A program made the translations under genes and the position numbers. 64,000 bases of DNA from positions 1 through 64,000 of the forward strand of contig MEDY01000039.1 in assembly GCA_001724265.1 (NCBI GenBank), in the 5' to 3' direction. The stretch is from Rhizaria sp. SCN 62-66. Lineage: Eukaryota. Positions 27,101-39,271 of this stretch are shown piece by piece (the first letter of the stretch is position 1; each line of letters opens with the position of its first letter). The notes under the pieces were generated by a model that worked only from the letters and a program-made list of their open reading frames with translations, searched no databases and was not told where the DNA came from.

Positions 27101-30100
27101 ACTGCAACAGTCAAGCTCCAGGCGCTGTATCAACGCTCTGGCAAGGACCGTGTGCTCGACCGGACGCAGATGTACGGCGACCCCGTTGCGTCGCTGCCCG
27201 CGCTGCCGCAAGAGGCGCTTTATACGGCGGCGCGTACTTCCGGTAGCTTGCGCGCTGTGGGGCAGCACTCCGGTGCGAGTGCGTTTGAAGTGCAACGCAC
27301 TCTCGCGATAGACGGTGCCTGGGTGAAGCGTGATCTCGGGGCGACTGCTGCTGGTGAGACGAGCTCGCGGTGGGTTTTCACACCCCCATTGCCGCTTCAG
27401 CCACCGGATGATTGGTCTTTGTCTCGTCGTGCGACTGCAACAGGGTTTTGGGATGCTCCCGCTGTCGAAACACTTCTCTTCGACCCCGAGGCAAACTCTA
27501 GCTCTGCTTCAGCAGGACTAAGTGCGAGCGCAAGCTCTTCCGGCAGTGCTGCGGGTGGCGCCTCCGCTGCGAGCGTGAGCGGACCAGATATGGTCGCCGC
27601 ATCGTCAGCTGCGCGCGGCGTCGATATTCGCGAGGGAGTTTAGCGCTTGACAACGCTGCGCCGCCTGCTGAAACACCAGGACTCCACGCTCGCTGCATAT
27701 GCAACGCAACCCCAGCGAAATGGCTCTAGTAGTGCCGATGTTTGGAATGCCGTCGATGCTGTGACAGCGCAGCCTTTGACTGTTGCCGCAGCGCATCGTG
27801 CAGCAAGCACCCCGATGCATGTACCGCTTGTCCTCGCTTACGCAAAGCAGGTCGTTTTGTGCGAACTTCTTGCGTGTATTGAATACCGCAGCAATGTTGC
27901 GGGCAGTGCATCAAGCAACACAGCCAGTGCTACGAGCTCTAGCGCAGAGAGCAGTGACATTGTCATGATGCGCGATCCCATAGCAGCGCAGCAGCGCCTT
28001 GTTACACTTCTGCGCAAGCACGGCGCCCGCGTTCACGGCGTTGTTTCCCGTGCCCGCGGAAATGTGCTTGCTATCAACAGTTCGATCCAGCCCCCAAGCA
28101 ACGCCGACACACTCGCAGCCAGTGCCTTTGTAGCTGGTGCGGGTATTACTGTCAACGTTCCGCAATGCATGCACCCACTGGTACTGAGTCAGTTCACACA
28201 ACAAGAAGACGCCGTGCGCGCTGCGGCTGCAAATCTGGTTGATGCGGAGTCGCGTGCGACAGCACTTGCGCAGGCACGTGCAATCAACACAACACAGCGC
28301 ACCGTTGGCACTCACGCGCCGGCAACTGCGCTCTCTGGAGCCGCAATTGCCGCTGGTGAGGCCGCCGCAACCGCGGAGCGCGCGCGCCTTTGGGGCCCGG
28401 ATGCGGCTCGGTCTGCTGACGGCACGCTCATCGTCTCAGGCGGTGGTAAGCAGATGGCTGAAGAGGAAGTGCGGCTTAACTTCGCGCCCATTTTTGACTG
28501 GAACGTCAATGTTGGTGGCAACAACGCCAATGGTAACAATGATGCTGGTGTAGCCATTGCGAGTACATTGCGTGTTCCGGCTGTCGGCAACTACTTCTTC
28601 ACGTCGTCTTCACAACCATTCATCCCAGGTGTCTCCGGCGCCGGTCTGTCTGTCTCTGCGGACTCAGCGGAGGCGCAGTATGGCGGCTGCACTGCGCTGA
28701 TCCCACCGTCTCCGCATGCCGCTGCAGCAACGCAGCCTTTGGTGGCGGCCGCACTGGCTGCGCCATTTGATCTTTGCACAGCGTCCTTTGTCGCCGCAGC
28801 GTCAACCGCGCCGTTTATGCACACGAACACTCTCTTGCGCGATGGCACAAGTGCAAAGTGTGACTATCTTGACACGTTGTTTGCGCAGCGCGGCGCTGAC
28901 AACAGTATTATCAGCGTGATGCCGTGGCACAACACGCTCCTGTTGCCGCGTCTCCGTGCACTGCTACACAGCGCACGGTTCGTCCTATTTATTGCGCTTG
29001 CGCTACAGCAGGTGCGCCGTGTGCGCCTTAACATTGACACGCAGGCTCACGCACTCAGCGAGGAACTCATGACGCTTCATAACCCGCTGTTCATTCCTGT
29101 GGTGCTTCCCCAACACGCGGCCTGCGATGCCAATCCGGACGCTGTCTGGCTCGATGCTGTTGCGACTGAGTCAGCGCGCGCACACAAGGCATGTAGCTCG
29201 CTCGTTGGCCCGCGAAACAAACGCGAGACAGCATTGCAGCTTTTGCCCGACGCGGACTCTGACAAGAGTAAGCGTATGACCGACCATGATGACGACGGCG
29301 ACGATGTGACGATCGTCAATGCGATCATTCCCGCTCCTCGTCCCGCACGTTCTCTCGACGCTACTCCAAGTGTTGACTCGACGTATCTTGATCCCGTGCG
29401 CTTCTACGGTATCCACCGTCGTCTCCGCGCCAATGCTCTGCTTCTGTCGCATTTAGCACCGCCTCCAACCGCGGATAGTAATCCCTCCCCCGCTAACGTG
29501 CTTGCATTAGCCGAATCTCTGCTGCAAACGTTGCTGCAACGGTCTGGCACGGCGCGCGCCAACGCGCCGACCGAGGCTGCGCGGCGTATCGCGCTCGCGC
29601 GTGAAGCGGCGGGATTGCCAGAGCCGCTTACTGTGGCTGTAGTGAATAACATGGGGCTTGCGCATCTCTCGTGCGGTGGCGGTCCTGCTGATGACGATGA
29701 TGACGATAACAGTGCTAGTTCTGCGCACAATGACAATGCGACGTGCCGGGCGTTAAAGCTTGGTCGCTACGTAACCGACACAGTCAACACGCTCAAAACG
29801 ATGTCTTCACTCATTACGGGGCCGTCTTTCCTGGCCCGTCTAAACGCAGCCCAGCAGGCCAACAACGTGCAAGAGTGGACGCGCACGGAGCAAGAGCTGC
29901 AGGCTCGCACGCGCGCTGCGGCGGCGATGAGAGACATCTCTCCTGTCACGATGCTGCTCGCGTTGCACCGTGAGGGCGAGCGGGCGCGGCTGGAGCAACT
30001 CGTGCTGGCCGCGGAAGCCAAGGCGCTGACGTGTGTGCGACACGAGAGGTATCTCAAAACGCAGTTCGTCGGCATTAGTCAACAAGAGATGTCGGTAGCG

Positions 30101-32930
30101 GCTACCGCGGCGGCTGCGGCTGACGCTGCAGCTGAAACGGCAGCGGCAAGGGCTACAGTAGAGGACGTGACGGCAGCTACTGCATCGACCGTGACGACTG
30201 AAGCTACAGCTCTTGCGCATGCCAGTATAAGCTCAAGTGGAAGTGTCATCTCAGACGCGTCGTCCAGTGGCTCTAGCGGCTCTTTAACCGCGCCACAGAG
30301 CTTGGATGGAGCATCTCCGTTGTCGTCCCTGAGTTTGGCACAGGGTGACCCAAGCGCGTCCTTAGCCACTGCATCCGCCGTGACGCGCGTCGAAGACTGC
30401 GTGATTTGCCATGACCGTCTAAACTCGCCGCTTGTCACCTGGTGCGGACACATCTTCTGTGCGCGTTGCGTGCGCCAGTGGCTGCGCACGCGTCGTGCGT
30501 GTCCGGTGTGCCGGCAACCGCTGAAGAATGACGCGGATAACCTGTTCCCGACTGTCATCGACACTGAAGTCACCGCTGTAAATGGTGTGAGTGCTCACAG
30601 TCATTCTAGAGTGACTGAAGGACAGCCGCAAGGGTATGTTCCAGGCTCTATCATGGTTCTCGCCCCTAAGAACAGTCCGAGCGAGACTAATAACAACGTT
30701 CGCATTGATCCACATGTGAAGCGCGTGCGGAACGCTGAGACTTCGACTAGCGGCAACGCGACGATGTCCGAAGATGACGTGGCGCTGCCCGTGACAGCAA
30801 CCACAGTAACATCATCAGCGTCTGACCCCAGTGTGACAGCTGCTGGCTCTAATCAGAGGAACGCTAAACGTGGCCGTGATGCAAACATTGACAGCGTTAT
30901 CACCGACGTATTCGGACACGTTGCCGACTCTGCAAGCAGCCCTACAGCCGCGGCCCCTGCAAACTCTGCTGGGACGAACGCCGGCACTAAACCGAAGCCG
31001 CGGATGACTATGATCGAGGAGGAAGAGGTCGCTGAGGCTGAGGCTGCTGCGGCAGCATCTGCGGCTGCTGCGGCGGCAAAGGTCGCCGCTGCAGCGGCTG
31101 CGGCTGCGGCAGTAAAAGAGTTTGAGAATCGTGTGAGCAGCGTCGCGCTTTCCGAGTTATCTGATTGCGAGATTCTCGCTCTTGTCAACACTGTCGCATC
31201 TCCAACTGTTGCAGCGACCCTCAACCTAAACACTCTCAACAACTCCAGCGACAGCTCATCTTCATCAGCTTCCGCGTCTGCAGGTTTTAACCTCGAGAAC
31301 GTGGGGTCAATCGGCTTTACTCACCCTGGCGCTGTCTCTCTGCGCCTCCCACACCCACAACACATCCTCAACGCCACCTCAATGGTCGGCGACAGCGACT
31401 ACGGCACAAAGGTCGAAGCTATCTGCAAGTACATCTTGCACTTGGCTGCTGAGCAGCACCGCATTGTTGCCGCGGCAAGGGCGCGCAGGGCCGCAGTCAC
31501 CGCTCAAGTTACCGACTGGCTACGCAGGAGCACCACCGACAGCAGCACTAGCTCCAGTAGTAGTGCAACCTCAGACCAGCAGCAGGAGCAGGCAATTGCT
31601 GCGCTTGCAGCCAGCGCTGCTGAGCGTTACTGCGGCCCGTTGCCGCCCTCACAAGTCAAGTCCCTTGTATTCTCCCAGTTCGGCCGCATGCTCGACGTCG
31701 TCTCCGCCGCGCTCAATGTCAACAACGTCAGCCACTTGAACCTGAGCGGTTCCGCAAGGCAGAGGGCGGCGCTTATTCAGCAGTTCAAGACTGATCCTGA
31801 AGTACAGGTACGTAACAACTGCAAACTTTATAGTGAAGTGTAACTGAGTTTAGACACCCCGCTAGAGGTAGTGGCAACGAGTTCCTGGGCAAGCACTGTC
31901 AGAAGGCTGGCATTGATGACAAGTGGTTGGTTAAGAACCTCACACTTTATTACCACGATTTTTCCTCGTTGTATTCGAATCTACTCTTATAATTTCACAT
32001 CTACTTTATCTCTTCCCTCCGTATTCAAACATTCACTCTCGTAGGTATTGCTGCTTTCGCTGCGGTCTGACAACTCCGGCCTCACTCTCCATTGCGCTCA
32101 CCACATCTTCCTCTGCGAGCCGTCGCTGGCGCGGGCGCAAGAGGCACAGGCTGTGAACCGTGCACACCGCATTGGCCAGCGCCACGCCTGCTACGGTAAG
32201 TTAGACTTTCGACTCTCATAAGACTATCACTGTTGCGCTGTTCGAATTCTCTCAACATGTACATAATGCAAGCGTAATTGAATTATATTCTCGCTCAAAT
32301 AATATCTTCATATTAATTCTCGCTCATGTTTCGCTCTTGTATTGAATCGCCACTTTTGTTTCACCAGTGCACAAATTCTTGATCCATGGCAGCGTAGAAG
32401 AGCGCATCGTGGCCCTCCAAGCGCGCCAGCAAGCCCGAGACAACGCCCGTTCCACGTTCTTCTCTGCCCCGGCCGACGGGAGCGACCCTGGCACCAGCAG
32501 CGGCAGCGGCGACACCGAGCAGTCCCAGCAGCAGCAGAGCGGCGCTTCAAGTCTCAACGTTGGAGGGTACTCTGAAGTGGACGTGCTGACCATGGACGAG
32601 CTTTTCCAGGGAGATTTCTTCACAAACCAACACGCCGCGCTCTCCGCACGCGCTGGCGGGCACGTTCTCGGCGACGGTGATCCAGATTCGGAGCTGTCAC
32701 AACAGCAGCAGCAACGGCAGCAGCAAGTGGCTGTGGGGCGGGCGTTTGTTGGCCCGGTGGCCGCGAGTGACATCACGAGCGGATCCGTCGGTGTGCAGTC
32801 GCGCAAGGAAGTCATGTCGCTGCAGGATCTAGTCGAGGCGTTGGGGCAGGATCCCGGGGCAGCGGTGGGAGCGGGCGCTGGATCGGGCGCGGGCGCGGGT
32901 GCGGGGTCGAGGCAGCGACAGCAGCAGTGA
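9126..32930 (+). CDS. SHPRH: Giant SHPRH-like SNF2 ATPase / RING E3 ubiquitin ligase (~7,742 aa, 4 exons, 4 in-frame TAG codons)
   Basis: Exons 9126-24479, 24647-31807, 32045-32195 and 32368-32930 (TGA); the phases are consistent. Motifs in order: LYNYQRKALSWM (~15645), GGILADAMGLGKT (16458), TLIVCPPSLMYQW (19254), DVVITTYDVL, WHRVVLDEAQ (20889), RWAVSGTP, SHPRH-like LLWRHAKSHVVDEIRLPP..FTPVEHEYY (~23016), LRMACCHPQ (~23520), C3HC4 RING (30398-30511), YGTKVEA, KSLVFSQF, GLTLHCAHHIFLCEP, QAVNRAHRIGQ, VHKFLIHGSVEERI. In-frame TAG at 9867, 10365, 13044 and 27641. The start codon and the inclusion of 9126-13046 are less certain than the core. Confidence 0.85.
9867..9869 (+). other. In-frame TAG, candidate sense codon (NAFDV*AGGSG)
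   Basis: ORFs 9105-9869 and 9897-10367 share a frame, and no other stop separates them. Confidence 0.7.
10365..10367 (+). other. In-frame TAG, candidate sense codon (ALLLS*PSSAP)
   Basis: The same frame continues through 18 sense codons into ORF 10422-13046, with no AT-rich spacer. Confidence 0.75.
13044..13046 (+). other. In-frame TAG, candidate sense codon (FRAKG*KRNNV)
   Basis: The same frame continues through 49 protein-like codons (KRNNVIADEDDDDVVVLDDSDS...) into ORF 13194. Confidence 0.8.
24480..24646 (+). other. Spliceosomal intron 1 of SHPRH-like gene (GTACGA...TAACAG)
   Basis: AT-rich, 167 nt, phase 0; joins ...HDQ to GFGAGG and corrects the frame change. Confidence 0.9.
27641..27643 (+). 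other. In-frame TAG between the SNF2 N-lobe and the RING/C-lobe, candidate sense codon (IREGV*RLTTL)
   Basis: ORFs 24665-27643 and 27647-31843 share a frame and are separated only by TAG plus one codon. Confidence 0.85.
31808..32044 (+). other. Spliceosomal intron 2 of SHPRH-like gene (GTACGT...TCGTAG)
   Basis: Splicing gives DPEVQ|VLLLSLRSDNSGLTL, the helicase motif V region. Confidence 0.92.
32196..32367 (+). other. Spliceosomal intron 3 of SHPRH-like gene (GTAAGT...CACCAG)
   Basis: Phase 1; splicing gives RIGQRHACY-V-HKFLIHGSVEERI. Confidence 0.92.
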
Positions 32931-33274
32931 AGAAGTGTTACGCATGGTTTAATTATGTAATTATATGATGATATATAGAATTAACGCGCGCCAAGACGTG
33001 TGTATGTAGATAGCAATATGTTGAACTAGTATTTTAATACAATTTTAACTCTCATCATTCGTGTCTTAGACTTAAAAACCTATTATAATGCGAATTTGTC
33101 AGTCAAAAATGAATTTGTGGTGGTTGGGTCCCAGTCTGCCGACGGCATCTGACTGATGGTGCGGACATGTCCTCGCAGCAGACCGCATGATCGTCATAAT
33201 AGCGTTTATTCGAACAAGGTATATTTTCTTATTAAAATCTCTTCAAATACTATTTTCACATTGTTCCAGCAGTG

Positions 33275-34048
33275 ATGTCTGACGTCCCCGCTTCATCCGA
33301 AGCTCGGGACCGAGACACCCCTCACAGTCCGCTCGCTGCGCCGGACAACATGGACGCGTTCCTCCCCACAGCCGCAGTGCGCAACCCGCGCCCTCCTGCG
33401 ACGCGTGTGGCCGAGGACTCTGACAGCGATATCGGCGTCATCGAGACAATCATTCCTTCCTCGACGCGCGCCACTGCTTCGAGCGCGCGCAAGTCTGCCC
33501 AGGCGCAGTCGACCGACAACTAGCCCATCGCGCTCTCCGACTCAGACAACAACACCTACACCGGAGATGACAGCGATGGCGTGCAGATTGCCTCCGTCAA
33601 CGCCCGTGTGGCCGCCCGCGCCGCTACTGCAAGCAACAACAGCACCACGGACGCTGCCATCGAGCTGAGTTCCGACTCCGACTCCGACGCACGCTCCAAC
33701 ACTCACAGCTCTAAAGCCAACGCCTCGCGCTCCGCCGCGGCCCAGAAGCCTTCCCTGGCCGCCGCTGCCGCCGGCTCTGCCGCCGCGATTGCCGCGGGCG
33801 CCAAGAGCGCGATCCAGCGCGCCGCCGCAGCCCGCGCGGCCTCTCGCGGCGTCGACACCGATTCTGACTCGGACAACGACTTCGCAACCGCAGCCGCCTC
33901 GTCGACCTCTTCTCCGGAGCTGCGAAGCCGTGACGGCGTGACGTACCGATCGCGCATCTTGAACCCGTACGACGACCCCGTGGCGCCTGCCACGGGCCAC
34001 GGTGCTGTGCCGTCGCGCCGCACTGCGCAGCGCGCAGCCTCCACAGTC

Positions 34049-34125
<77 letters not shown>

Positions 34126-36638
34126 CAGCAATAGCTCGAAAACTGGCGCGGGTGCCACAGGTTCCTCTGGCGGCGACATCGCTGAGCAGCATCAGTACCA
34201 GTTCAATCTCAAGTCCCCTCTAGCAGTGACCGTTAGCACCAACGCCGCCGGGGAAACCACGTCGTCGTCGGTCACCACGCGTTACGCGCCCGCGCCAGTC
34301 ATGGGTTCCTCGGCCTCGGCGGCCGCGCTGGCCAAGGCCGCGGCGCCGCCGACGGGGCCCGACCGCAGCCGGCTCTACGGCGACGGCGACGATGAAGATG
34401 ACGACAACGCGGGGCCGGCGGTCAAGTACCGCAGTACGCTGCCGGAGGTGAAACGGAAGAGTCTCACCACGCGCTATTTCAACACGCCGGTGTGCGCGCA
34501 AGATGTCGCAGATATGCTCGCTGCGTTTGCGTCTGCTAACCCTAACATTAACAGCAACTCCACTGACCAGCAGTCCCAGCAGCAACAGCAGCAGCAGGAC
34601 AACGATCAAGACTCCGCGAATGCGGGCGCGAGTGGCAGTAATCAGTCGGCGCAAGCGTTGAGGCTTGCGTTGGGCTCTGCCGACAGTGAGTCACCTTTCC
34701 TCGCGATGAACGATGATGACGACGGTCATTTCAACGGTAATGCTGGCAAGCGGTCTGCGACTGCTGGCGCTGGCACTAAGCGTCCCTTCAGCGATGTCAA
34801 CAGCAACGGCGACACTAACCATGTCGACACGACCGCAGACTCTGCCCTTGACGCTGCCGACGCCGCTGCAGCGAGCTACTACGACGTGAACTACGACGAC
34901 TTCGAGCTCGAGTACCCGAACTCCGACTCGAGTACGGCGGCTAAGAAGCCGCACCGCCGCCGCGTCAACAGCGACGGCGAGAGCGACTACGAGTACCTCA
35001 ACGACGGCGACGACGAGGACGAGGATGACGACGACGGCAACGGTGATGATCTGAACGCGACGATGACACACGGCCGCGCGTACAGTCGCCAGAATCCAGC
35101 TTCCCCGTTCTCGCCCTACCGCGCGACTGACGGCACTACCACGGGCCACTTGCTGTCCAAGCCCGGGGCCGTTGCTGGTGCCAGTGTGAGCGCGAGTGCG
35201 AGTGGGGCTACGGCGAGTGGCGATGACTCAGCGTCCGCGTCAGCTGCCGCGCGCCGCCGCCAGTCGCTGCTGTCTGCCGCCTCCTCCGCGCCCACAGTTG
35301 TCACCGCCGCCGCCAATGCGACTGCGGCGGCGTACACGTACACTGCCGTGGCCCCGCTGGCAGCGACGACGGAGGAAGACATGCTGATGTATTATCGCCG
35401 GCTGTGCCACGGCCGCGACGACTACGCGCACTTAACTGAATCATCATCATCTTCTTCTTCGTCGAGTGCGTCGAGCGCGTCGCTGTCTGCGGTGTCGGCG
35501 CTCGTCCCCATGCCCGCGCCGACTCTGACCCCCGCCGAGACGACCGCCGCCGCGGCCCGCCTCGCGCGCACAGTCACAGTCCCCGCGGCGCTGCTCGCGC
35601 GCATCAGGGCCGACGCCGCGCCGGCCGCGCTCGCCGCCGCCGCCGCCACCGCCGCCACCGCGGCCGCCGCCGAGGTCGCCGCCGCCGCCGCGCCGCTCCC
35701 GGCCGGCCCCACCGCCGCCGCGGCCGCGCTGCCCCCGTCGCTGCGGCCTGCGACCCTGCCGCCGCTGCTGTCGACGGCCGTGCCGACCGCACCGTGCTTC
35801 CTCTGCCACAGCGGCGGCCACCACTCGCGCGACTGCCCCGCGCCGCCGTTCCCCGTCCTCGTCTGCGGGCTCTGCGGCCACACGGGACACGACACGGGCA
35901 CGTGCACGAGCGAGCCCTGTGCGCAATGCCTCTGCGTCGGCCACCACAAGGCGCAGTGCCGCTCGCTGCAGGCCGGCAGCAGGGACGAGTTCGACCGGCT
36001 CGTCATGCAGTTCTCCGCCATCTCCGCCTTCGCCAGCGCCAGCAGCAGCAGCGGCCACAAGGGCGCCGCCGCCGGGGGGAGCAGTACTGGCAGCAACGCG
36101 GCCCGGACGAGCGCGGTCATCTTGCGCGGCGCCGCTGCGTCCGCTGCCGTCGCCGCCACCGTGGCCGCGAATGACAGCGCAACCGGGCTCGACAGCTCCT
36201 TCACGGCCCCTCGCCACAGCCACGCCCACGGCCATAGTGATGGTGAGATTGCGGCTGCGATCGCGCTGCCCCCGCCCGGCAGCGGCGTCATCACCCCGGC
36301 GCCCGCCGCCGCGGCCGCCGCGACCCGGGCCGCCGAGCAGATCGCCGCCGCGATCGAGACGGCGTGGGCGCTGGCGGCCGGCATGGTCGGCAAGAAGATG
36401 GTGCCTCTGCCCACGGTCATCGCCCCGGGCGCGGCGAACACGATCCCCGGTGGCGCCAGTGGCGCCGTTGACCACAGCGGCAGCAGTTCTAACGCCGCCA
36501 ATGATAGAGCGAGCTCGGAGTCGAAGAAGCAGTCGAAGAAGCACGTGTCTGGCGAGTCGCTTGTGTGTGCCGGCCCGCCCCGCGTTCTCAGCTCGATCGC
36601 CCCCCACAACAATGCAGAGCACAGCGAGAACACCAACG

Positions 36639-36669
<31 letters not shown>

Positions 36670-39271
36670 ACAGTCAAAGTCTCAGTCAGCGTCGCCGCTG
36701 TTATACTACTACCCCTGGCCGTTGAGCACCGGCCGCGTTGGCTACGGCGCTGGCGACAAGCCCCCTCAAAGCGCCGCCGCGAGCGCCCGCGCCGCGAACG
36801 CCGGCTCTGACGGCGAGAAGCTGCCGAGCTCGATGTACAGCTTTGAGGCCGCTGCGAAGGAAGCGCGTGGGAAGAACGCCGCTGGCAAGCACCGCAACGG
36901 CAAAACGCAAGTCAACGCGCATGGCCGATTTGATGACGACGATGACATCGCGCCGACAAGTAGCAACAGCAACAGCAGCAGCAGCAGCAACAACAGCCAC
37001 GCGAATGTCAAGGCTCCGGAGCGTGCTTTCCCCCCTGGCGTCCCCACCATTGTTGACCCCGTCACAGGCGTCAAATTCCAGCTTTACCGCGATTTCTCCT
37101 CGTTACTGGACTCGATCTCGCTCTCAGATGCGCCCGACCCCAACCAGTCCCCGCGCGCTGCTTTACTGTACCTAATCAAGGCCATCCACGTGCTCTCGGC
37201 CTCTGCGCAGCTGCGACTGGCCGTGTTCCCCGGCGGCGTCCGCGGCGTGCTCAAGGCCGGCACTGGCCCGGGACCGTGCGGCCGCTGCGGGTCGCCGCTG
37301 CACCTGCAGAACATGTGCACGTGGCTGCTCACGGCGGAGTCCGCCAAGGCGCGCGTCGCCGTCAACGCGGCCGCGGACGCCGCCGCTCGCGCCGCCTTGA
37401 GCAACAACGGCAGCAGCAACGCCAACGCAGGCTCTAACGTCAACAACAGTGCGAGTGCGAGAGCAGTTGGTGGCTACAGGAGCAGTACTGAGGTGACGAA
37501 CGCGATCGCGACACTGCTGCACGTTGTCTCTGGCCCCGGCGGCGGCTCCCGCGCCGTCGACTCCGTGGTTTCCCGTTTGCGCTGCATGGTGTGTTACCAG
37601 TACGGGCACTTGACGTGCGACGGCGACCGCGGTATGGCCCAGGGACTCGCGGTCATGGGTACCGCGATGACGGCCAACATTAACCACTCGATCTACCGCG
37701 CCATCGCCCCCCAGAACCAGAACAACAACAGTAACAATAAGGCGAGCAATGACAGCAAGGGCAAGAAAAACGCGGCCAGCGCTGCGACCACAGCTGCGAA
37801 CAGCGAGGCCTTCGCCGCGGCGGACGCCACAGTCACTGAACCGGCGACGGGAGTGCGCGTGCGGTACGCCAAGATCACGGCGGGTCAGCGTGGCCGCCTC
37901 CAGTGGCTGCCGCCGAGCCTCTCGCAGCCGCTGCTGCTGCCGGCCAACACTGACAGCAACGCGCACGTGCGCGCGCAGCAGGCGTCGAAGCGCAAGACGC
38001 TCGAACCGCCGGCGCGCGCGACGGAGGCGCTGGCGTTGATCGCGGACGCTATGCAGGCCAAGGCCGCCGCCGCCATCGCCGCCGCCGCCGCCGCGAGCGG
38101 CCTGCCTCAAAGCAGCGGCGGCAACGGCGCCAGCGGCGCGAGTCTGGCCTCGCTGAAGCTCTCCGCGGGCGTCGCGGGCAGCAACAGCGCCAAGGCCAAA
38201 GCCGGCAACGCCGCCGCCTTCGGCCCCGGGTCCCCCGTCGCGGCCACGGTCGCAGTGAAGCATCTCCCGGTCACCGGCGCCGGGCTGCGCGCGCGCAGCC
38301 GCGGCGGCAGCGGCGGGAACAAGTACAGCGACCTCTCCGAGACCGACCCCGACGTGGACTCCGACAGCGACTACGACTACACCGCTGCGGCGGCTGCGGC
38401 GGCGATCTCCGCGAACGCCAACGCCGGCAAGGGCGCGACCGACGCGAGCGGCGCGATCACAGTGCGCTCGAGCACCCTCGAGGTGCCCGCGCTCCTGCTC
38501 GCCGCCGCGCTGCAGACCGACTCCGGCGGCGCCGTGGCACTTGTACGCGGCTGCGTCAACTGCGGCTCGACGGCGCACAACGTCACGGAGTGCCAGTTCC
38601 AGCGGTTTGACTCGCTCGCGCCCGAGAACCTCGAGTGCTCCAACACGGGCGTCGGAAACCAACAGAAGTGTTTCCGCTGCAACCAGCTGGGACACATCGC
38701 CGCCGCGTGCCCTAACCTCGGCAGCAACAGCGCGCACCACAGCAACCGCGGCGGCAGTGGCGGCGCGGGCGGGCGCGGGCACCATATGCAAGGCCACCAG
38801 CAGCAGCGCGGCGGCAGCGGCGGCGGCGGCGGTGACCGGCGCCGGCAGTACGACGACGACAGCGACGACGACGACGATGACGACGAGCCGCGGCACAAGG
38901 GCAAGCGCTCTCGCATGGACAACAGCAGCAGCAGCAGCAGCAGCAGCGGCCGTAGTGGGAGTGACCGCGATCGCCGGAACAGCTCTGGTGGTGGAGGCGG
39001 CGACCGGCAGTACAACAGCAGTGGCGGTGGCTCGGGCAGCAACAGCGGGCTGAGCCACATTCAGTGCCACAAGTGCAACCAGTTTGGCCACTACGTGCGC
39101 GATTGCCCGCGCGGCAGCGTGCTGATGCAGTACCAGGGCCAGGCGCGCCGCGGCGCAAACGGACCGCGGATCAATCCAGGGCAGCTCTACGCACAGCACG
39201 CCGACGACAGCAGGCGGCTCGAGGGGTACAGGCGCTCGGGCGGGCAGCACCATGGTGGGAACCACTACTGA
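33275..39271 (+). CDS. AIR1/2 / ZCCHC7-like multi zinc-knuckle protein (~1,998 aa, single exon, one in-frame TAG)
   Basis: ATG at 33275 sits at the AT-to-GC boundary, TAG at 33521-33523, and the frame continues to TGA at 39269-39271. There are seven CX2CX4HX4C knuckles plus a shortened one (CMVCYQYGHLTC), an arrangement resembling plant AIR1-like proteins. Confidence 0.75.
33521..33523 (+). other. In-frame TAG, candidate sense codon (QSTDN*PIALSDSD)
   Basis: ORFs 33272-33523 and 33581-39271 share a frame. The next in-frame ATG is about 780 nt downstream. Confidence 0.8.
34049..34123 (+). repeat. Compound microsatellite (AAC)14(AAT)11 encoding poly-Asn25
   Basis: Directly visible and in frame within the zinc-knuckle gene. 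Confidence 0.95.

Noticed and set aside
9126-39271. SHPRH-like and zinc-knuckle genes as pseudogenes
   Set aside because: There are no frameshifts and no TAA/TGA over about 29 kb of coding sequence. Catalytic motifs, the RING and the splice sites are intact.
33275-39271. Retrotransposon Gag interpretation of the CCHC knuckles
   Set aside because: There is no protease, reverse transcriptase, integrase or LTR. Eight dispersed knuckles fit a cellular RNA-binding protein better.
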